Sequence record: NC_054906.1
Direction: 5' to 3' (one strand)
Length of the DNA stretch: 64,000 bases
Source of the DNA: Enterobacteria phage RB18
Positions 1-9,753 of the stretch are shown here, in pieces; position 1 is the stretch's first letter; every line of letters starts with the position of its first letter. A program made the translations under genes and the position numbers. The notes beneath the pieces are model-generated. The model saw only the letters and a list, made by a program, of their open reading frames with translations. It was not told the DNA's origin and searched no databases.

Positions 1-955
1 TGCTGCTAAATTAGATGCCGAAGTTAAGAAACAAATGGAAGCTGGTGTACTGGTAGAAATCGCTGAAGGCATGGCTACTTCTATCGCTGAACTTCAGGAA
101 GGTTTCAACGGTTCTACCGATAACCCATGGAATGAAATGGGCTTCCGTATCGATAAACAAGTTATCGAAGCTAAATCTCGTCAGCTGAAAGCTGCTTACT
201 CTATCGAATTAGCACAGGACCTCCGCGCTGTTCACGGTATGGATGCTGATGCTGAACTGTCTGGTATTCTGGCTACAGAAATTATGCTGGAAATCAACCG
301 CGAAGTTGTTGATTGGATTAACTACTCAGCTCAGGTTGGTAAATCTGGTATGACCCTGACTCCGGGTTCTAAAGCTGGTGTATTTGACTTCCAGGATCCG
401 ATTGATATTCGTGGTGCTCGCTGGGCAGGTGAATCCTTTAAAGCTCTGTTGTTCCAGATTGACAAAGAAGCAGTTGAAATTGCTCGTCAGACCGGTCGTG
501 GTGAAGGTAACTTCATTATCGCTTCCCGTAACGTAGTTAACGTTCTGGCTTCAGTTGATACCGGCATTTCTTATGCTGCACAGGGTCTGGCTACCGGCTT
601 TAACACTGATACTACCAAGTCAGTATTTGCTGGTGTTCTGGGTGGTAAATACCGTGTATATATCGACCAGTATGCTAAACAGGATTATTTCACTGTAGGT
701 TATAAAGGTCCGAACGAAATGGATGCTGGTATTTACTATGCTCCATATGTAGCTCTGACTCCGCTGCGTGGTTCCGATCCGAAGAACTTCCAACCGGTAA
801 TGGGATTCAAAACTCGTTACGGTATCGGTATCAACCCATTTGCAGAATCCGCTGCTCAGGCTCCGGCTTCTCGCATCCAGAGCGGTATGCCTTCTATTCT
901 GAATAGCCTTGGTAAAAACGCTTACTTTAGACGTGTATATGTTAAAGGTATCTAA
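1..955 (+). CDS. 23: Major capsid protein gp23, C-terminal portion (5' end outside window)
   Basis: ORF runs to the window edge; translation matches remembered T4 gp23 C-terminus; followed by terminator hairpin. Confidence 0.9.
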   Translation, partial: AAKLDAEVKKQMEAGVLVEIAEGMATSIAELQEGFNGSTDNPWNEMGFRIDKQVIEAKSRQLKAAYSIELAQDLRAVHGMDADAELSGILATEIMLEINREVVDWINYSAQVGKSGMTLTPGSKAGVFDFQDPIDIRGARWAGESFKALLFQIDKEAVEIARQTGRGEGNFIIASRNVVNVLASVDTGISYAAQGLATGFNTDTTKSVFAGVLGGKYRVYIDQYAKQDYFTVGYKGPNEMDAGIYYAPYVALTPLRGSDPKNFQPVMGFKTRYGIGINPFAESAAQAPASRIQSGMPSILNSLGKNAYFRRVYVKGI

Positions 956-981
956 TCTCTAACGATAGAAACACAATTTTA

Positions 982-1005
982 GGGAACCTTCGGGTTCCCT
1001 TTTTC
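982..1005 (+). terminator. Intrinsic terminator after gene 23
   Basis: gggaacc-TTCG-ggttccc stem-loop followed by T-run. Confidence 0.7.
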
Positions 1006-1667
1006 TATTTTATACGATAGCAATCAGGCATATCATCCGCATTTATCCAATTGCGAATAGTTTTAGGACTAACTTTAAAATGCTCCGCTGCGTAATCAGG
1101 ATTATCAAATTTAACGCCCTTTATACATATTGGAATAAATTTTTTAATACCACCAAGTTTTTCAGAAATAGCTTTACGATGTGAAATCGATATAGGTTTA
1201 TTTTTTCGTGGATGAACATGTGTTTTATAATATTCATTGCGCCCTTTAACTCGCTTCGCAATAGTTTCATCAGATTGCTTAACGCCTGTTTTTGCCTTTG
1301 ATATTTTTCGTTTAGCTTCCACAGTCATTCCTTCTTTTGTTCGTATTGATAACATATTACGATATGAAGGATCTTGCAAATGAACTATAACTGGATTTCC
1401 TCTGCCACCAATAGCAGCATTATAGGTATCAGTTCTCATAACGAATTCCTCATTGACTAGTAAAGCTTCCATTTTATACATCTCCTCAGATGAGGAGAAA
1501 GAATAAAGAATTTCTTTTTTAAAGTTATGAATACCATATTTTTTGATGGATTTTTTGATGTTTACGCCAGAACCCATATAACCATCGTTTTCGTCAAGAG
1601 TAGCATGAGCTCCGATGTAAATTTTTCCATTGATGATATTAGTAATTTGATATATTAAATATTTCAT
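1005..1667 (-). mobile_element. segD: GIY-YIG homing endonuclease, SegD-like (free-standing HEG between genes 23 and 24)
   Basis: N-terminal KYLIYQITNIINGKIYIG GIY-YIG motif; position between 23 and 24 as for T4 segD; start probably an internal Met with SD (track ORF extends to 1706). Confidence 0.6.
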
Positions 1668-1696
1668 TTTAAACATCGCTCCGTTTGTATATGAAT

Positions 1697-1725
1697 ATAA
1701 TATCATATTACTTTGGTCTTGTAAA
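1697..1725 (-). promoter_or_regulatory. Candidate early promoter for the segD-like gene
   Basis: TTTACA -35, 17 nt spacer, TATTAT -10 on minus strand. Confidence 0.3.
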
Positions 1726-1731
1726 TAACTT

Positions 1732-1739
1732 TATAAATA
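1732..1739 (+). promoter_or_regulatory. Late promoter (TATAAATA) for gene 24
   Basis: Exact TATAAATA about 28 nt upstream of the gene 24 ATG. Confidence 0.7.
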
Positions 1740-1766
1740 GTATTATATTTCAACAAGGAAAATACA

Positions 1767-3050
1767 ATGGCTAAAATCAACGAACTTCTGCGCGAATCAA
1801 CCACAACGAATAGCAACTCAATCGGTCGCCCAAATCTCGTTGCTTTGACTCGCGCTACCACTAAATTAATATATTCTGACATTGTAGCAACGCAAAGAAC
1901 TAATCAACCTGTTGCTGCTTTTTATGGTATCAAATACCTTAACCCAGACAATGAATTTACATTTAAAACTGGTGCTACTTACGCTGGCGAAGCTGGATAT
2001 GTAGACCGAGAACAAATCACAGAATTAACAGAAGAGTCTAAATTAACTCTCAATAAAGGCGATTTATTCAAATATAATAATATCGTTTATAAAGTATTAG
2101 AAGATACTCCATTTGCTGATATTGAAGAAAGCGACTTAGAGTTAGCTCTTCAGATTGCAATTGTTCTTTTAAAGGTTCGTCTATTTTCTGACGCAGCGTC
2201 AACAAGCAAATTTGAAAGCTCTGATAGTGAAATTGCGGATGCTAGATTCCAGATTAATAAATGGCAAACCGCAGTTAAATCTCGTAAACTTAAAACTGGC
2301 ATCACAGTTGAATTAGCACAAGATTTAGAAGCAAATGGATTCGATGCTCCTAATTTCTTGGAAGATTTGCTTGCAACTGAAATGGCAGATGAAATCAATA
2401 AAGATATTCTGCAGTCTTTGATTACAGTGTCAAAACGCTATAAAGTTACAGGAATTACTGATAGTGGATTCATCGATTTGAGTTATGCATCTGCTCCTGA
2501 AGCTGGTCGTTCATTATACCGAATGGTATGTGAAATGGTTTCGCATATCCAAAAAGAATCAACTTATACAGCAACGTTCTGTGTTGCTTCAGCTCGTGCT
2601 GCTGCGATTCTTGCTGCATCAGGTTGGTTAAAACATAAACCAGAAGATGACAAATATCTTTCACAAAATGCCTATGGGTTCTTAGCTAATGGTTTACCGC
2701 TTTATTGCGATACTAACAGCCCATTAGATTATGTAATCGTTGGCGTAGTAGAAAATATCGGTGAAAAAGAAATTGTTGGATCAATTTTCTATGCTCCGTA
2801 TACAGAAGGTCTCGACTTAGATGACCCTGAACATGTGGGTGCATTTAAAGTTGTTGTTGATCCAGAAAGCTTACAACCGTCTATCGGTTTATTAGTTAGA
2901 TATGCTTTATCAGCAAATCCTTATACCGTAGCAAAAGATGAAAAAGAAGCAAGAATAATTGACGGTGGAGACATGGATAAAATGGCGGGTCGTTCAGATT
3001 TGTCTGTTTTATTAGGTGTTAAATTACCAAAAATTATTATTGATGAATAA
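1767..3050 (+). CDS. 24: Head vertex protein gp24
   Basis: 427 aa, same length and position as T4 gp24; capsid-protein-like sequence. Confidence 0.85.
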   Translation: MAKINELLRESTTTNSNSIGRPNLVALTRATTKLIYSDIVATQRTNQPVAAFYGIKYLNPDNEFTFKTGATYAGEAGYVDREQITELTEESKLTLNKGDLFKYNNIVYKVLEDTPFADIEESDLELALQIAIVLLKVRLFSDAASTSKFESSDSEIADARFQINKWQTAVKSRKLKTGITVELAQDLEANGFDAPNFLEDLLATEMADEINKDILQSLITVSKRYKVTGITDSGFIDLSYASAPEAGRSLYRMVCEMVSHIQKESTYTATFCVASARAAAILAASGWLKHKPEDDKYLSQNAYGFLANGLPLYCDTNSPLDYVIVGVVENIGEKEIVGSIFYAPYTEGLDLDDPEHVGAFKVVVDPESLQPSIGLLVRYALSANPYTVAKDEKEARIIDGGDMDKMAGRSDLSVLLGVKLPKIIIDE

Positions 3051-3056
3051 AGCAAA

Positions 3057-3077
3057 GGGACCTTTCGGTCCCTTTTT
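3057..3077. terminator. Terminator hairpin between convergent genes 24 and rnlB
   Basis: gggacc-TTTC-ggtccc followed by T-run. Confidence 0.65.
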
Positions 3078-3079
3078 AT

Positions 3080-4084
3080 TTAGCTCACCAACTCAATCCA
3101 AGCTGGACGAAGTACATCTTGTACCATTTTAACTAATTCCTTCTTAATCAAAGAAGGATTATCCGCTTGAGTTAGAGTAATACCTTCACGAGAAGTTTCT
3201 TCCAAAATATCTTGAACAGTTAGCCCCATCACCTTTCCAAAATCCTTTGGACCAATTTCACCAATTTTAGAAATAACGTTATTTACTCGGTTTAGTGTAA
3301 CGTAACAAGCTAAAATCCCCACCAATTTGTTATCAGCTTCTGACAGTTCAACTTTAGCTTTAATAGGCTTATCAGACTTTTTCTTTTCACTAAATTTGGA
3401 ATTCTTGCATTTAATCGCTACACGATTGCGATTAGGCAGCCAAGAAGGATAACAAGGTTTCAATACATATCCTTCAGCGGTAAATACTTCGCCTTTTGCT
3501 TCGGCATTCCAAACGCATTTATTTGCATCAACTAATCCAGCATGGTCTACTGTAAAATTATAATCTTGGACAACAGAATCTAAATCATTTGGCAATTTAA
3601 TAAGCTCTTCAAATTTACCGCGACCTAAAAGTGGAGCCATTTTAAATTTAAATGTATTGCAGAATGATTCCATCATATAATCGTCGACATAAGTCACATC
3701 GCCACTTTCTGTAGTGACAATAATGTCAAATACATAAAAATCTTTATCACCATAATCGACATTCTTCTGAATGCCAGGTCCAGCGAATTCGCCAAAGACT
3801 TGATAAGATACAACCGCTGAGGTTTCCATAATATCTTGTACTGCTTTAATGGAATCAGCGTAATTCTTTAAAATAATTTCATACCCAAAGAAATCTTCAG
3901 CAGGAAGAATCGGTCCAGTACGTTTAGCGCAAGTTACTTTATCACGCTCAATAATCAATGAGAAATTTGTGCCGTGAATCTTTTCACGAGCTACCCATTC
4001 GCCGCCAGTCAATCCTAAGCTATAAAGTTTTTCAATAAATTTAGAGTTGTAATGATTTTCAAGACTGCTATACTTTTTAAACAT
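3080..4084 (-). CDS. rnlB: RNA ligase 2
   Basis: 334 aa; N-terminus [16 protein letters not shown] and KIHGTN lysine motif as in T4 Rnl2. Confidence 0.9.
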   Translation of the reverse strand: MFKKYSSLENHYNSKFIEKLYSLGLTGGEWVAREKIHGTNFSLIIERDKVTCAKRTGPILPAEDFFGYEIILKNYADSIKAVQDIMETSAVVSYQVFGEFAGPGIQKNVDYGDKDFYVFDIIVTTESGDVTYVDDYMMESFCNTFKFKMAPLLGRGKFEELIKLPNDLDSVVQDYNFTVDHAGLVDANKCVWNAEAKGEVFTAEGYVLKPCYPSWLPNRNRVAIKCKNSKFSEKKKSDKPIKAKVELSEADNKLVGILACYVTLNRVNNVISKIGEIGPKDFGKVMGLTVQDILEETSREGITLTQADNPSLIKKELVKMVQDVLRPAWIELVS

Positions 4085-4093
4085 AATTAATCC

Positions 4094-4372
4094 TCAAAAT
4101 GTAATTTCTAACCAATCACCATCACGCTGATCACTATTAACTTTAAAGCTGAATCCTTCTTTTCTCAGCCAATCACCAATTTCTTCAGTAATCAATTTAT
4201 CACGAGCAATACAATAATAATTAAAATGTGTTTTACCTTGTTCAGCTGCTTTATTAGCAAGTTCCGAAAAATCTTTAATAAAACACTCTAGCTTAAACTG
4301 TTTACTTTTAAGTGCTTTTTCGCGCAATTGATTAGCAAAAGATTCATTTTCATAAAGATCATACTGTTCCAT
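4094..4372 (-). CDS. Hypothetical protein (T4 24.2 position)
   Basis: 92 aa ORF, syntenic. Confidence 0.5.
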   Translation of the reverse strand: MEQYDLYENESFANQLREKALKSKQFKLECFIKDFSELANKAAEQGKTHFNYYCIARDKLITEEIGDWLRKEGFSFKVNSDQRDGDWLEITF

Positions 4373-4574
4373 TTTTCACCTTTTTATTGATATGTCTTTT
4401 TCTATAGACAACTTTTTCTCGAGTTTCAAATTTATTCTTAGCAGTCATAGCTCGAGCCCATAATACAGCCACTTCTTTTGCCTGTAAGTTTAATTCACGA
4501 GCAATTTCAATGAATGGCTTTCCAGACTCATGAAGAGTAAACACCACAACCTCAGTTCTCATAATCAATCTCAT
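4359..4574 (-). CDS. Hypothetical protein (T4 24.3 position)
   Basis: 71 aa ORF, syntenic. Confidence 0.45.
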   Translation of the reverse strand: MRLIMRTEVVVFTLHESGKPFIEIARELNLQAKEVAVLWARAMTAKNKFETREKVVYRKRHINKKVKNGTV

Positions 4575-4642
4575 GTTATCGAGTTGGTGCCATTATATAC
4601 ATCATTTTCTGATTGTGTTTTGTGTGCTTTCAAAATGAAGAA

Positions 4643-4658
4643 AGGGGCCGAAGCCCCT
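4643..4658 (-). terminator. Terminator hairpin after hoc
   Basis: ggggc-CGAA-gcccc with T-rich tract on minus strand. Confidence 0.6.
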
Positions 4659-4662
4659 ATGA

Positions 4663-5793
4663 TTATGGATAGGTATAGATGATACCAGTTTCTAAAGCAG
4701 TTTTATGAATGATGTATCCATTACGCGATTCTTGGACATCAACTTCTGGATAGTCTTTCATCATCTTCTGAAGAGTGTAACGATGCAAGTAGTACTTACT
4801 ATCTGGATCGTCAGTTTTCCAATCTTTACCTTCTTCGGTCATTTTTTGGATTTCATCCATAACCCACCAACCGCACCAGATGTAAGCTGAAGTACGATGT
4901 GGAAGAGGATGAACATAAGGTAATTCACCTTCTGGTTCTGGAGCAACTTTATCAGTTACCTGAACTTGACCTTCTGCTGTAATAGTTTTGCTATCATAAT
5001 CAGTAGCAGTAACAATTGCAGTAACTTCAATAGTTTGACTTCCAATAGATGAGGTATCAACGGTATATACATTAGTTGACCCTTCTACAGGAGAAGAATC
5101 TTTCTTCCATGAATACTCAATTTGCGCTTCTTCTGGAGCATCAGTGACATTAGCGGTAAATGTAGCCGAAGCATCTTGCTGAACGTTAATAGAAGGAGGA
5201 GTCAATGTAACCTGTGGATTCATTGTCTTCTTATTAACTGTTAATGATACTTCATTAGAAGTAACTTCCTTTGCATCATAATCTGCCGCGGTTACTTGAG
5301 CCACACACTTAATTCTTTTTACTCCGCTTTCGGCAGGAGTGTAATTGAACGTAGCGTTAGTTGCTTCGCCCACAGGAGAATCATCTACATACCATTGATA
5401 AGTAGCGTTTGCGCCCGCTGGCTGCGAAGCTAAAGCGGCAGTAAATTCAACAGCTGTTCCGATTACTCCAGCAGCAGGGCTATCAGGAGTTACAGCCAAT
5501 GTAGTCGTCTGTGTCTTATTTTGAACTGTGATAGTTGTAGTAGCTTCTGCTGTTTCAGCTTCAGCTTCTGGAACTGTATTTGTTGCAACTACTTTAATAG
5601 TCTTTTGTCCAGCAGGTCCTTTTAATACATAATCAAAAGTTTCTTCAGCTCCATCTTGTGGAACATTATCTACAGTCCAAGCATATGTAATAGGTCCATC
5701 TCCAGTTTGACCACTGGGTGTAGCAGTAAACTGCTTGGTTTCATCAATAACCCCTGTCGGTGTTTTAGGAGTTATATCAACTGTAAAAGCCAT
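4663..5793 (-). CDS. hoc: Highly immunogenic outer capsid protein Hoc
   Basis: 376 aa, Thr/Val-rich Ig-like repeats; length and position as T4 Hoc. Confidence 0.85.
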   Translation of the reverse strand: MAFTVDITPKTPTGVIDETKQFTATPSGQTGDGPITYAWTVDNVPQDGAEETFDYVLKGPAGQKTIKVVATNTVPEAEAETAEATTTITVQNKTQTTTLAVTPDSPAAGVIGTAVEFTAALASQPAGANATYQWYVDDSPVGEATNATFNYTPAESGVKRIKCVAQVTAADYDAKEVTSNEVSLTVNKKTMNPQVTLTPPSINVQQDASATFTANVTDAPEEAQIEYSWKKDSSPVEGSTNVYTVDTSSIGSQTIEVTAIVTATDYDSKTITAEGQVQVTDKVAPEPEGELPYVHPLPHRTSAYIWCGWWVMDEIQKMTEEGKDWKTDDPDSKYYLHRYTLQKMMKDYPEVDVQESRNGYIIHKTALETGIIYTYP

Positions 5794-5802
5794 AAGTTAT
5801 CC

Positions 5803-6483
5803 TTATTTTAATGTTACGAAAGAAGAATTGCGTGTTTCACGAATTAAAACTGATCCGTCACGGTTAATGTAATAAATTAAGCTAAATAAAGTTTGGTGTG
5901 CTGACGCATGCTCAAAACTTGTTGGGTGAGATTTCCAATCCGGAGTTTCAGCAATCCATTGATAAATCCACCAAGGAACAGTACAGAATCCTGGATTTTT
6001 TCCAATCAACTGAAGATTCGGGCTAAAGTTTTCCGGAAGAGTAAATACAGACGGCTTTTCAGATTCAATAATCTCAGCTACAGCCTGTTCAAATTTTTCT
6101 TCAACAAAAGGAGTATCTTCAATCAAAACATCGGTATTTTCAGGAATTTTATCCGTTTCTACTACTTCAATTTTAATGTCAGATTTAACCGGAGAATCAA
6201 TCAAAAGTGCTGCTTCTGGATTGACTTCTTCATCGTCATATTTTAATCCCTCTGCAGCATCAGCAGCATCAATTAAGTCTTTAATAGATAACCCATCAGT
6301 CTCTGGCATAGGTTCACTAGCGAGCTTCTGGAGGGCTTCTTCAATATCAACAACGATATTATCAAAAGATTTATTCTTTTTGACCTTTATACCAAACTGT
6401 TCAGCATATTCAGCTAATTTAGCTTTAGCTTCTTTGTTATCATCAAGAGCCTTCAGCTCTGCAATATAATCTTTATCTATCAT
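5803..6483 (-). CDS. inh: Inh-like protein (inhibitor of prohead protease), acidic
   Basis: 226 aa acidic ORF between hoc and uvsW; assigned by synteny. Confidence 0.5.
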   Translation of the reverse strand: MIDKDYIAELKALDDNKEAKAKLAEYAEQFGIKVKKNKSFDNIVVDIEEALQKLASEPMPETDGLSIKDLIDAADAAEGLKYDDEEVNPEAALLIDSPVKSDIKIEVVETDKIPENTDVLIEDTPFVEEKFEQAVAEIIESEKPSVFTLPENFSPNLQLIGKNPGFCTVPWWIYQWIAETPDWKSHPTSFEHASAHQTLFSLIYYINRDGSVLIRETRNSSFVTLK

Positions 6484-6496
6484 AATATTTCCTCAG

Positions 6497-6504
6497 TATA
6501 AATA
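6497..6504 (+). promoter_or_regulatory. Late promoter (TATAAATA) for uvsW
   Basis: Exact TATAAATA about 30 nt upstream of the uvsW ATG. Confidence 0.7.
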
Positions 6505-6533
6505 TAGATATATTTATTACATGGTATTTAGAC

Positions 6534-8045
6534 ATGACTGACATTAAAGTACATTTTTATGATTTTAGTCACGTGAGAATTGATTGTGAAGAAAGTACAT
6601 TTCATGAACTCCGTGATTTCTTTAGCTTTGAAGCTGATGGGTATCGTTTTAATCCGAAATACAAATATGGCCACTGGGATGGACGAATCCGTCTTTTAGA
6701 TTATAATCGTCTTCTTCCATTCGGCTTAGTCGGGCAAATTAAAAAGTTCTGTGATAACTTTGGCTATAAAGCCTGGATTGACCCACAAATTAACGAAAAA
6801 GAAGAATTATCAAGAAAAGATTTTGATGAATGGCTTTCTAAATTAGAAATCTATTCAGGAAATAAAAGAATTGAACCACACTGGTATCAAAAAGATGCAG
6901 TGTTCGAAGGATTAGTTAATCGTCGTAGAATTCTTAATCTTCCAACATCCGCTGGTAAATCGTTAATTCAAGCTTTGCTTGCGCGATATTATTTGGAAAA
7001 TTATGAAGGTAAAATTCTTATCATTGTTCCAACAACTGCTTTAACAACTCAGATGGCTGATGACTTCGTTGACTATCGTTTATTCAGTCATGCAATGATA
7101 AAGAAAATTGGTGGCGGAGCATCAAAAGATGATAAATATAAAAATGATGCACCAGTTGTTGTTGGTACATGGCAAACTGTAGTAAAACAACCAAAAGAAT
7201 GGTTCTCACAGTTTGGAATGATGATGAATGATGAATGCCATCTTGCTACAGGAAAAAGTATTTCATCTATCATATCAGGTTTAAATAACTGCATGTTCAA
7301 ATTCGGTTTGTCTGGTTCATTACGTGATGGCAAAGCCAATATCATGCAGTATGTTGGAATGTTTGGTGAAATATTTAAGCCAGTAACGACTTCTAAATTA
7401 ATGGAAGATGGACAAGTAACTGAGCTAAAAATTAATAGTATTTTTCTTCGCTATCCCGATGAGTTCACTACTAAATTAAAGGGAAAAACTTATCAAGAAG
7501 AAATAAAAATTATTACTGGGCTTAGTAAAAGAAATAAATGGATCGCTAAATTAGCTATTAAGCTTGCGCAAAAAGATGAAAACGCTTTTGTCATGTTTAA
7601 ACATGTATCACATGGTAAAGCTATTTTCGATTTAATTAAAAATGAATACGATAAAGTTTATTACGTATCAGGGGAAGTTGATACCGAAACCCGCAATATA
7701 ATGAAAACCTTAGCTGAAAATGGTAAAGGAATAATTATAGTAGCTAGTTATGGTGTATTTTCTACTGGTATTTCAGTTAAAAATCTGCATCACGTTGTTT
7801 TAGCGCACGGTGTTAAATCAAAAATCATTGTATTACAAACAATCGGTCGTGTATTACGTAAGCATGGTTCTAAGACAATAGCAACCGTCTGGGACCTCAT
7901 AGATGATTGTGGCGTTAAGCCAAAATCTGCTAATACGAAAAAGAAATATGTTCATTTGAACTATCTTTTAAAACACGGCATTGATCGTATTCAGCGCTAC
8001 GCAGATGAAAAATTTAATTACGTAATGAAAACAGTTAATTTATAA
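6534..8045 (+). CDS. uvsW: UvsW RNA-DNA / DNA helicase (main 503-aa reading frame)
   Basis: SF2 helicase motifs (PTSAGKS Walker A, DECH box); T4 uvsW position. Confidence 0.85.
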   Translation: MTDIKVHFYDFSHVRIDCEESTFHELRDFFSFEADGYRFNPKYKYGHWDGRIRLLDYNRLLPFGLVGQIKKFCDNFGYKAWIDPQINEKEELSRKDFDEWLSKLEIYSGNKRIEPHWYQKDAVFEGLVNRRRILNLPTSAGKSLIQALLARYYLENYEGKILIIVPTTALTTQMADDFVDYRLFSHAMIKKIGGGASKDDKYKNDAPVVVGTWQTVVKQPKEWFSQFGMMMNDECHLATGKSISSIISGLNNCMFKFGLSGSLRDGKANIMQYVGMFGEIFKPVTTSKLMEDGQVTELKINSIFLRYPDEFTTKLKGKTYQEEIKIITGLSKRNKWIAKLAIKLAQKDENAFVMFKHVSHGKAIFDLIKNEYDKVYYVSGEVDTETRNIMKTLAENGKGIIIVASYGVFSTGISVKNLHHVVLAHGVKSKIIVLQTIGRVLRKHGSKTIATVWDLIDDCGVKPKSANTKKKYVHLNYLLKHGIDRIQRYADEKFNYVMKTVNL

Positions 8046-8070
8046 GGGCTTCGGCCCTTTGGAGAAAAAG

Positions 8071-8301
8071 ATGTTACTAGAATTTAAACAATTTCTTTAT
8101 GAAGCTTCTATTGATGAATTTATGGGTAAAATTGCCTCTTGTCAAACATTAGAAGGTCTAGAAGAACTTGAAGCTTATTATAAGAAAAGAGTCAAAGAAA
8201 CTGAATTAAAAGATACTGATGACATCTCAGTCAGAGATGCTTTGGCAGGAAAAAGAGCTGAATTAGAAGATTCAGACGATGAAGTAGAAGAAAGCTTTTA
8301 A
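8071..8301 (+). CDS. uvsW.1: UvsW.1, probably the C-terminal part of UvsW (see findings)
   Basis: 76-80 aa ORF directly downstream in +1 frame; track ORF begins at TTG 8059. Confidence 0.6.
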   Translation: MLLEFKQFLYEASIDEFMGKIASCQTLEGLEELEAYYKKRVKETELKDTDDISVRDALAGKRAELEDSDDEVEESF

Positions 8302-8356
8302 ATTAAAAAAGGCCCAACCAAAAAGGAAGGGCCAAAACTATAGACTAAAGGTCACA

Positions 8357-8524
8357 CTATAGCAAAAGTTGTGTTTCATTTAATTGTTCTTCCGAACTTT
8401 CTGAAACTGGTAGTTCTTTAATGTAATTATAGCAAGGCCCAGGATGTACAGGACCTTTGTCTGTTTCAACAACCAATGCAGAATCGATTGGAGTTTTACA
8501 GACAACACAAATCTTATCTGACAT
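8357..8524 (-). CDS. Small hypothetical protein (55 aa), uvsY.-2 position
   Basis: Hand-translated MSDKICVVCKTPIDSALVVETDKGPVHPGPCYNYIKELPVSESSEEQLNETQLLL; late promoter just upstream; not in ORF track. Confidence 0.4.
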   Translation of the reverse strand: MSDKICVVCKTPIDSALVVETDKGPVHPGPCYNYIKELPVSESSEEQLNETQLLL

Positions 8525-8549
8525 GATTGTCTCCTCTGAATTATATATC

Positions 8550-8557
8550 TATTTATA
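8550..8557 (-). promoter_or_regulatory. Late promoter (TATAAATA, minus strand)
   Basis: tatttata on plus strand about 25 nt upstream of the small ORF start at 8524. Confidence 0.5.
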
Positions 8558-8647
8558 ACCCCATCTTAAAGCGCATTTCTTGTACACGCTTTAAACATGC
8601 TTCCATTTCTGCTAAAAGTCTAAATACTTCTTTATAATTTGTCATAT

Positions 8648-8875
8648 TTACCCCATATCTCTCATATGCATATCAATGCCCATATCTTTAGAATAAAAAT
8701 ATTCATCAAGATATCCGGCAAATTTTCCTTTAATATAAAGGACATCTTCACCACACGGGTGGTCGGCCAGAATACGAATATCCTGACGCTTAAGATTATG
8801 CTTTTTCATTAAGAATTGAATCTCAGTTTCAAATTCTTCTTCATAATTAAAAGCATCATCAATGCTATATCTCAT
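8648..8875 (-). CDS. Hypothetical protein (uvsY.-1 position)
   Basis: 75 aa ORF overlapping uvsY stop. Confidence 0.5.
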   Translation of the reverse strand: MRYSIDDAFNYEEEFETEIQFLMKKHNLKRQDIRILADHPCGEDVLYIKGKFAGYLDEYFYSKDMGIDMHMRDMG

Positions 8876-9288
8876 TATTTTCCAGCCTCAAATGCTCGCA
8901 TGTCTTGAATATGCTTAATAGCAAATCCGCGTGATTTGATAGCATCAAGAGCTCCGCTACAGAAATCTAATAAAATTCCCCAATATTGTAATGAAGTATC
9001 AACCTTTAAAACATCCTTATCAGCTGATAGAACTGTCTTCATTTCTGATTTCTCGTAACGATCCATACTAAATTCATCACCATCTCCTCGTCCCGAGTAG
9101 TAGTCTAATTTAGCTTTAAGAGCAACTTTTTTCTGTGCATCAATTCTAAGCATTTCCTTTTTAATACTTGAATGCTTATTAAGCCATTTACTATATAACA
9201 TCACATTATTAGCTGCTTCATACTGTAATTTAGTCGAATCTATAAACACATCTTTCTTCAATTCTTCTTGAAGATCTTCTAATCTCAT
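8875..9288 (-). CDS. uvsY: UvsY recombination mediator
   Basis: 137 aa, same length and position as T4 UvsY. Confidence 0.85.
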   Translation of the reverse strand: MRLEDLQEELKKDVFIDSTKLQYEAANNVMLYSKWLNKHSSIKKEMLRIDAQKKVALKAKLDYYSGRGDGDEFSMDRYEKSEMKTVLSADKDVLKVDTSLQYWGILLDFCSGALDAIKSRGFAIKHIQDMRAFEAGK

Positions 9289-9328
9289 ATTGTTCTCTAT
9301 TCAATTGTTATTGGATGGACTTAGATTC

Positions 9329-9356
9329 ATTATACCACGTTTATACGTGAAGCATT
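9329..9356 (-). promoter_or_regulatory. MotA-dependent middle promoter for uvsY
   Basis: Minus strand AATGCTTCA MotA box, 13 nt spacer, TATAAT -10. Confidence 0.6.
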
Positions 9357-9753
9357 ATACTCTGTTACTGGAAGCCAGTTGTAGTTTTATCTGCTCAATA
9401 TCATCAGGGTTATCGATGACCGAAAAGCGTATTTCTACTATCAGAGTATAATCATCATAAACCGGTATTACATTAACTGCTAATTTATCAATACGTGGCT
9501 CATAGTTTCTTACTGCGCTTTCGATATTACGCTCAACCGTGTCAGCAGTAAGAGGAGTCATATTCTCAAAAAGTTGGTCAGATAAATCGCATCCAAATTC
9601 AGGGTCAAACGGTCTTGAACCTTTTCTTGTTGTAATAATTCCTAAAAGACTATTTTTAATTGACCTTAATCCAAGTGATCTTGAAACGTCTTTGTTCCAA
9701 TCCATTTTCATTTCTGGGTCAATATCAGAATAAAGCTTATTAATATTTGCCAT
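9355..9753 (-). CDS. 25: Baseplate wedge protein gp25
   Basis: 132 aa, synteny and length as T4 gp25. Confidence 0.85.
   Translation of the reverse strand: MANINKLYSDIDPEMKMDWNKDVSRSLGLRSIKNSLLGIITTRKGSRPFDPEFGCDLSDQLFENMTPLTADTVERNIESAVRNYEPRIDKLAVNVIPVYDDYTLIVEIRFSVIDNPDDIEQIKLQLASSNRV

Noticed and set aside
2150-2664. Antisense ORFs (82 and 64 aa) inside gene 24
   Set aside because: Fully embedded on the opposite strand of a confidently assigned structural gene, low complexity; almost certainly spurious.
5908-6469. Plus-strand ORFs of 112 and 97 aa overlapping inh
   Set aside because: Antisense to inh; low-complexity Ser/Phe-rich translations typical of AT-rich antisense frames.
8059-8070. 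TTG start for uvsW.1 as given by the ORF track
   Set aside because: More likely this region is translated as part of UvsW after a frame change, or initiation is at the ATG at 8071; an independent TTG start has no support.
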